64,000 bases of DNA from Octopus sinensis (lineage: Eukaryota), in the NCBI RefSeq assembly GCF_006345805.1, contig NC_043018.1, positions 4,712,001 to 4,776,000 of the forward strand, in the 5' to 3' direction. Positions 59,229-64,000 of this stretch are shown here, one piece after another. The notes below the pieces were generated by a model. The model worked only from the letters and a program-made list of their open reading frames with translations, searched no databases and was not told the origin of the DNA. The position numbers and the translations under genes are program-made. Positions within the stretch are counted from its first letter, which is position 1, and each line of letters begins with the position of its first letter.

Positions 59229-62200
59229 TGCGTAATGCACGCACACACATGCTCTCTCTATCACACGCGAGTGCGCTCACTCGAATATTAAAGGAACACT
59301 TTTTTTTTTTGTCGCATCTCTTGTAAATAATTAATTTATTAGCTGCTATTATGTAAACTTGTAAACAGGTTCTTAATTAGCTGTGGTGTTTTAATTATAA
59401 TGTTCTTTAAAATTAAATTAATAGTTCCGATTTAAAAAATATCGATGCAGATGAGGAAGCTAGCCTTTCCGGGTTCTCTACCTGCTAGAAATAACAGCCA
59501 AAATTTCGTTGACATCGCATCTCACCGTCTTAAATAAAGAATACATACAAAAAGAAGACGGGATAGTTACGGGTGGAGCACCTTCGATCTGTCTTGAACA
59601 GGAGCTAAACAAACATCACGCTAAATGACACCAAAAGGCCAAGTGGGATTCCATGTGGGAGGTTGTTACATGCTGTGAAGGTGGAAGGAAGACTTGTCAG
59701 TTATCTTTTATAATTCATTTCCCTTCGTTAGCCATCTTTTTACACATGGAAATTCGCCGTCTTTGAATTAATTAATCCGAACTGATGTAGCGATCGCTCT
59801 ATTACTATTCCCCACCACCACCAACTCGACGACCTGATAAAGCTATTTTGGGCGATTTTTATTGTTTCCTGCTATTCCATGAACGTGGTGGTGTTTAGAA
59901 TTAGCGACTAAAAGCATAACTAGCCGGGTATCGTGGATGGAAATTTCACCTTAAAAAAAGGAAGAAAGAAAAATAATAAATGTACTAATTTCTGTTTTGT
60001 TGCATATAAATTTATAGATTTTCATAATAATGTTTTGAAGTTTCGTCGTTTCCTTTTGTTGTGAAGGCTGTCGTAAATCTGACGCCCAAACACGTTGGAT
60101 TCTTAATTCATAATCAAGGCCGTTTAAAGCATAATACTTGAACCCTTTTTAGTATACCTATACAAGTGTGCCCCCCCCCCCCCGACTTTGTTTCTTGACA
60201 GCGTCTAGAAAAACTGGAAAAATGAAGGACTTATGAACGACTTCTGATTTCTCGTTATTTTCTCCCTACCTGTTTGAAATCATTACAAGTTTTGCATCAT
60301 CTTCAGGAGTCAAAATTGGTCAGCATCGAGTTCGAAACCTAGTCAGGTGGCAGGTGCTCTTTTTTCAAAGGATTCTTCCTCAACTTTGATTCGATTGTAA
60401 TTGAAGTTGCTAATTAAAAATATCGGGATAATTTTTCGTGTCTAACAATCAATTGTCTTTTCTCTCTGGGATTCAAAGTCAATTTTCTTCTACACTAATG
60501 TCCAGTTTGATAATTTTCAAGTTTCAAAATATATCCTGAAATGGGGTAAAATGAGTATTGTGTAATTTCAATAATTTCTTATCTTTAACTGCATGGTGAG
60601 TAAATATCTCACGAAAAGGACACTCCAGCAGATCGTGAAGAAGCAGACATAGAAGACATATTTTATGTTGTCTTTTTTATTCAGTCGGTTTTCGTTAATT
60701 TCATATCATGTGCCATTTTTCCCTGATCCTCTTTCATTTGACCTAGATATTTAATTTTTTTTTGTGTTTCTGATCTTTCTTGATATCTCTAGAGGTGAAT
60801 ATAGATTTGTATGAGTTTGTTTTCTGGACAATTGAAGTTGCAAATTTACCTTATCTTGGCTTACTCATTGGTGCCCCAGCCAAATTTGTCTTTTATATGC
60901 TCAAAGAGAATGGCAATAATGTTCTGACATAGTGATCAGATTATGTTGTAATGCTTTTAATGCATTTGCTTAGCTGGAATAGTTTTTGTCTGGTGGTGAG
61001 CATAAAGTCAGAAGTGCAAGCTTAAAGCACCTCATTCCCCAGCCTGGAGTTTTTAATGAAACTTTTACAAATACCCTTCAGATGATTTACATTCCAATTG
61101 TATTGAAATTTGATGTGAAAAAATTTTCCATGGGATAGAAGTTTCGGAAAATTCACACAAGTCAACTTTGCTTCTTCCTAACTTTCAGAAAGATGGAGAT
61201 ATTTTGATGAAATTTTTTAAAAATGCGTTTCAGAATGTGTAAATTACCATTAACAGAAAACTGGTGAGCACGCACACATATTTTAAGACATCACAATTCT
61301 TTTCGAAATTTCAAGTTTCATGGCTAACAATTTTTTTTATTTATTCATGTTGAAAGTTATGAGGTAACAAAGCTGACTTGTGCGAATCTTCAGAAATTCC
61401 TCTCCCACAACAAATTCTGATAATAATGGGAATCTACATCAATTGAAGCATATTTGTATAAAATTTCATTAAAAAATATCCATTTTTCTAGAAGTTATGA
61501 GGAAACGGTTTGGTGCTATTTACACAACACCAGCATTGGCTATATTGCCTCTATGAAGCCCAATGCTCAAAAGGGGCTTTTTATGTGCCACTGGCACTGG
61601 TGCCAGTTATGTGACACCAGTGTTGGCCATGACTACAATTTCACTTGGTTTGATGGGTCTTCTCAAGCAGAGTCTATCGCTAAAGACCTGTCACTAGTCA
61701 GCCATTTTTAATAGTCCATTAAACTTTTATTGAGATGGTTTCATGTCCCAAAGTCTCGGGGTTTATTTAGTTCTATACCTACTACAAATGTGCCTAAACT
61801 TAAGTTCCTATGGCTTGGACTTTGGGATTTAGTTAGGTCAGAAAACACATGCAAAGCTTACACTTGTTTCACAGAATATTTATGTAAAGTAAGCTTTACA
61901 TAAATATTTAAAAAGCCCACCCCACCATCCCTGTTTTATTTTCAAGAACCTGAAAAAGTAGGCAACTGCTATACCATGGACACTATTAATTTGTGTAATT
62001 TGAAGATAATTATTACCTTAGTTTCAAAGATATGACATCACAAACATAGCTAATTATTCATTTAAGTCTAATTAGATAAGACTTCAACCAATTTTCTGGA
62101 CATTCAAATTGTCATAAGTCCTAAAATATTCATCCAAATTTCCCAAATGAGGCATCAAAATCTTTCTTTTCCAATTCTCTCCAAGAAAACAGAGAGTAGA

Positions 62201-62279
62201 AATTAGATTTAAATATTTTCAAAAGTTCATAGTGATGCCTACTGTGATCTCTTCCGAATCTGAAGTCACCAAAAGTTTT

Positions 62280-62640
62280 GTCTTTTGGAGTGGAAATGAG
62301 TACACCATTGAGTTGAGCGTAGAAGCTTTCCTTCCTTTTATCTTCAGTATCCAAAGTTGGAGTATAGGTGCTGACGATGGTGGTGGCGTTTTGATTCCTG
62401 CCAAGCATAATCATCAGTGTCATATGTCATTCATTAGTTCTAAGGGGTTGCTGTTTCAAATGGCAACCCCACCACCATAGATCCTAAGTTGTTCAGGGTC
62501 TTGACCTTTACAAAAGAAGGTGTGTTGACCATGTTTCTCTTTTGCTCTTCTGGTCTCACTCAGAGCAACAATATCAAAATTCACAAGCTACAAAGGCAAT
62601 TCTTCTTTCAGGTCTGTCTAAGCTTGAGTTCATCCATTCC
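62280..62640 (-). mobile_element. RTE endonuclease N-terminal relic (5' region may extend to about 63230)
   Basis: RPERRIAFVACE, DIVALSETR, HTFFCKG, NATTIVSTYTPTLD..KESFYAQL, FGDF across broken frames. Confidence 0.75.
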
Positions 62641-64000
62641 ATGTTCTGTAGCTTTTTGACCACGTGTTGGTGAAACCCTCTGGACATTATTTTTTAGCTC
62701 CTTCCTGTTTTCATGGTGTGCAGAGCAGATCCTAAAGAGGTCTGTGTAGTTGAGGATACCACTGCTGAACAACTTTTCTGCTTCATTTCAAAAAGTTGAA
62801 CCGACTGAATCTAGTATTCCTTGCTTCTGTGCCAATTCATGACAAAGAGTTTCCAGCCATCACTAATCTGCTCCGGTTGCCCTTTCCTGATTGCCAAAAG
62901 ACTTAATTTTTTAAACAAAGATGCCTGTGCGTGATGTTGTTTAATGTGTACTTGTTGTTGCACTCCAAGAAGCACATGGCCCTTCACAAATCTGACAATA
63001 GAACCCAATGGAAGGAAACCAGAACAATTGGAGTTGTCAAATCTCTTGCAGCTTTCATCTTCCTTCACAGCTGTTGAGTTAGGTAACTTCATCCATCTGA
63101 TCTGTTTTTGAAGTCTAGACAATGGAGTGTCTTTGATCTGGCTGTTACTAACGGACCCATCTGGTAGGTTTACACCCATCCAGCATGGCCCTACTAGATC
63201 GTAGCAGCACACAAGCCTCTGCAGTACAACAATTCAGTACCCCCGTATAAAAGAAAAGAAATCATTGTTGGTTTAAATTATGAAATATTAAAAGAAAATA
63301 TTCCTGTATCTGTGTTTATGAGGTGATGAAATGGCAGAGTGGATAAGGTATTGAACTTGCAGATCTGATGTCAGTCCATACCAGGCTTCTGGTATTTTAT
63401 TGAAACCTGTCTATCATCGTCATCTCCTTTTTCATATTTGCATAAGTCAAGCTGATTTTCTATGGTTGAATGCCTTTCCTGTTGCCAACCCTCACCCATT
63501 TTCATGCAAAGCAATATTTCCCCATGGTCAGATGTGTTCTCTGTTTTGAAGACTGGAAACGAACACTGCTTGTATCACAGTGATGCTTGTTAACAAACAT
63601 CATGTGATATCAAGACAAGGCTATGCACAATTACACACATGGTGAACTTTCAGTTTCTGTCTACCAAATCCTCTCAAGGTTTTTTTCAGCCTGGGGCTAT
63701 AGTACAGGACACTTGCCCAAGATACTGCACAGTGGGACTGAACCTAATATCATGTGGTTGGGAAGCCAGCTTCTTAACCACACAGTCAGGCGTCTGCTTA
63801 TTTCTTTCATAGTTACTTGACCATTTTTTTAGCAGAATTGACTGACCTTTTACACTCTCTGTTTAAATTCCGCCAAGGTTAACTTTACTTGTTATCCTGC
63901 CGGGGTCGATATGGTACCTGTCCAGAACTTTGGCCTAATTTGATTAATTGATATTGACATCTTTGGCTTCTTTAAACCAGTACCTACATCCAAGAATCCC

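Larger units (their letters stand above)
51600..60300. promoter_or_regulatory. CpG-rich block, probably hypomethylated, around the candidate gene start
   Basis: Visibly more CG dinucleotides than the flanks; SINE copies here keep CpGs; CCAAT motifs near 53417 and 53461. Not computed. Confidence 0.5.

Noticed and set aside
62811-63212. 133-aa minus-strand ORF as a host exon
   Set aside because: No recognisable motif; it sits immediately 5' of an RTE endonuclease relic on the same strand, so it is more likely TE leader sequence

Overview
AT-rich, microsatellite-dense animal genomic DNA. The SINE/LINE/(TA)n repertoire is most consistent with an octopus (coleoid cephalopod); the species call is an inference. 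Protein-coding content: (1) the last 12 coding exons of RABL6 on + (95..24788; all introns GT-AG, phases join in frame, N-terminal exons lie upstream of the window); (2) an intact single-exon UFSP2 (32553..34442, 629 aa) with an ODR-4/MPN-like N-terminus; (3) a probable first coding exon of an unidentified gene (55748..55889) inside a CpG-rich block. Much of the rest is transposon-derived: three tRNA-headed SINE families, RTE LINEs (one with a 789-aa RT ORF carrying a PHD-type finger, two relics with C-terminal C2H2 fingers), an L1/Tx1 relic, mariner relics, Helitrons, MITEs of three TSD types, long fold-back palindromes and minisatellites. I found no CRISPR array, rRNA or true tRNA gene, and I cannot support a clearly new biological system. 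The best leads are the intronless long-form UFSP2, the zinc-finger-bearing RTEs, a candidate composite Helitron with a nested Merlin-like MITE, a 443-bp near-perfect palindrome and a methylation-like CpG contrast. Repeat boundaries were read by eye and are approximate unless termini are quoted.
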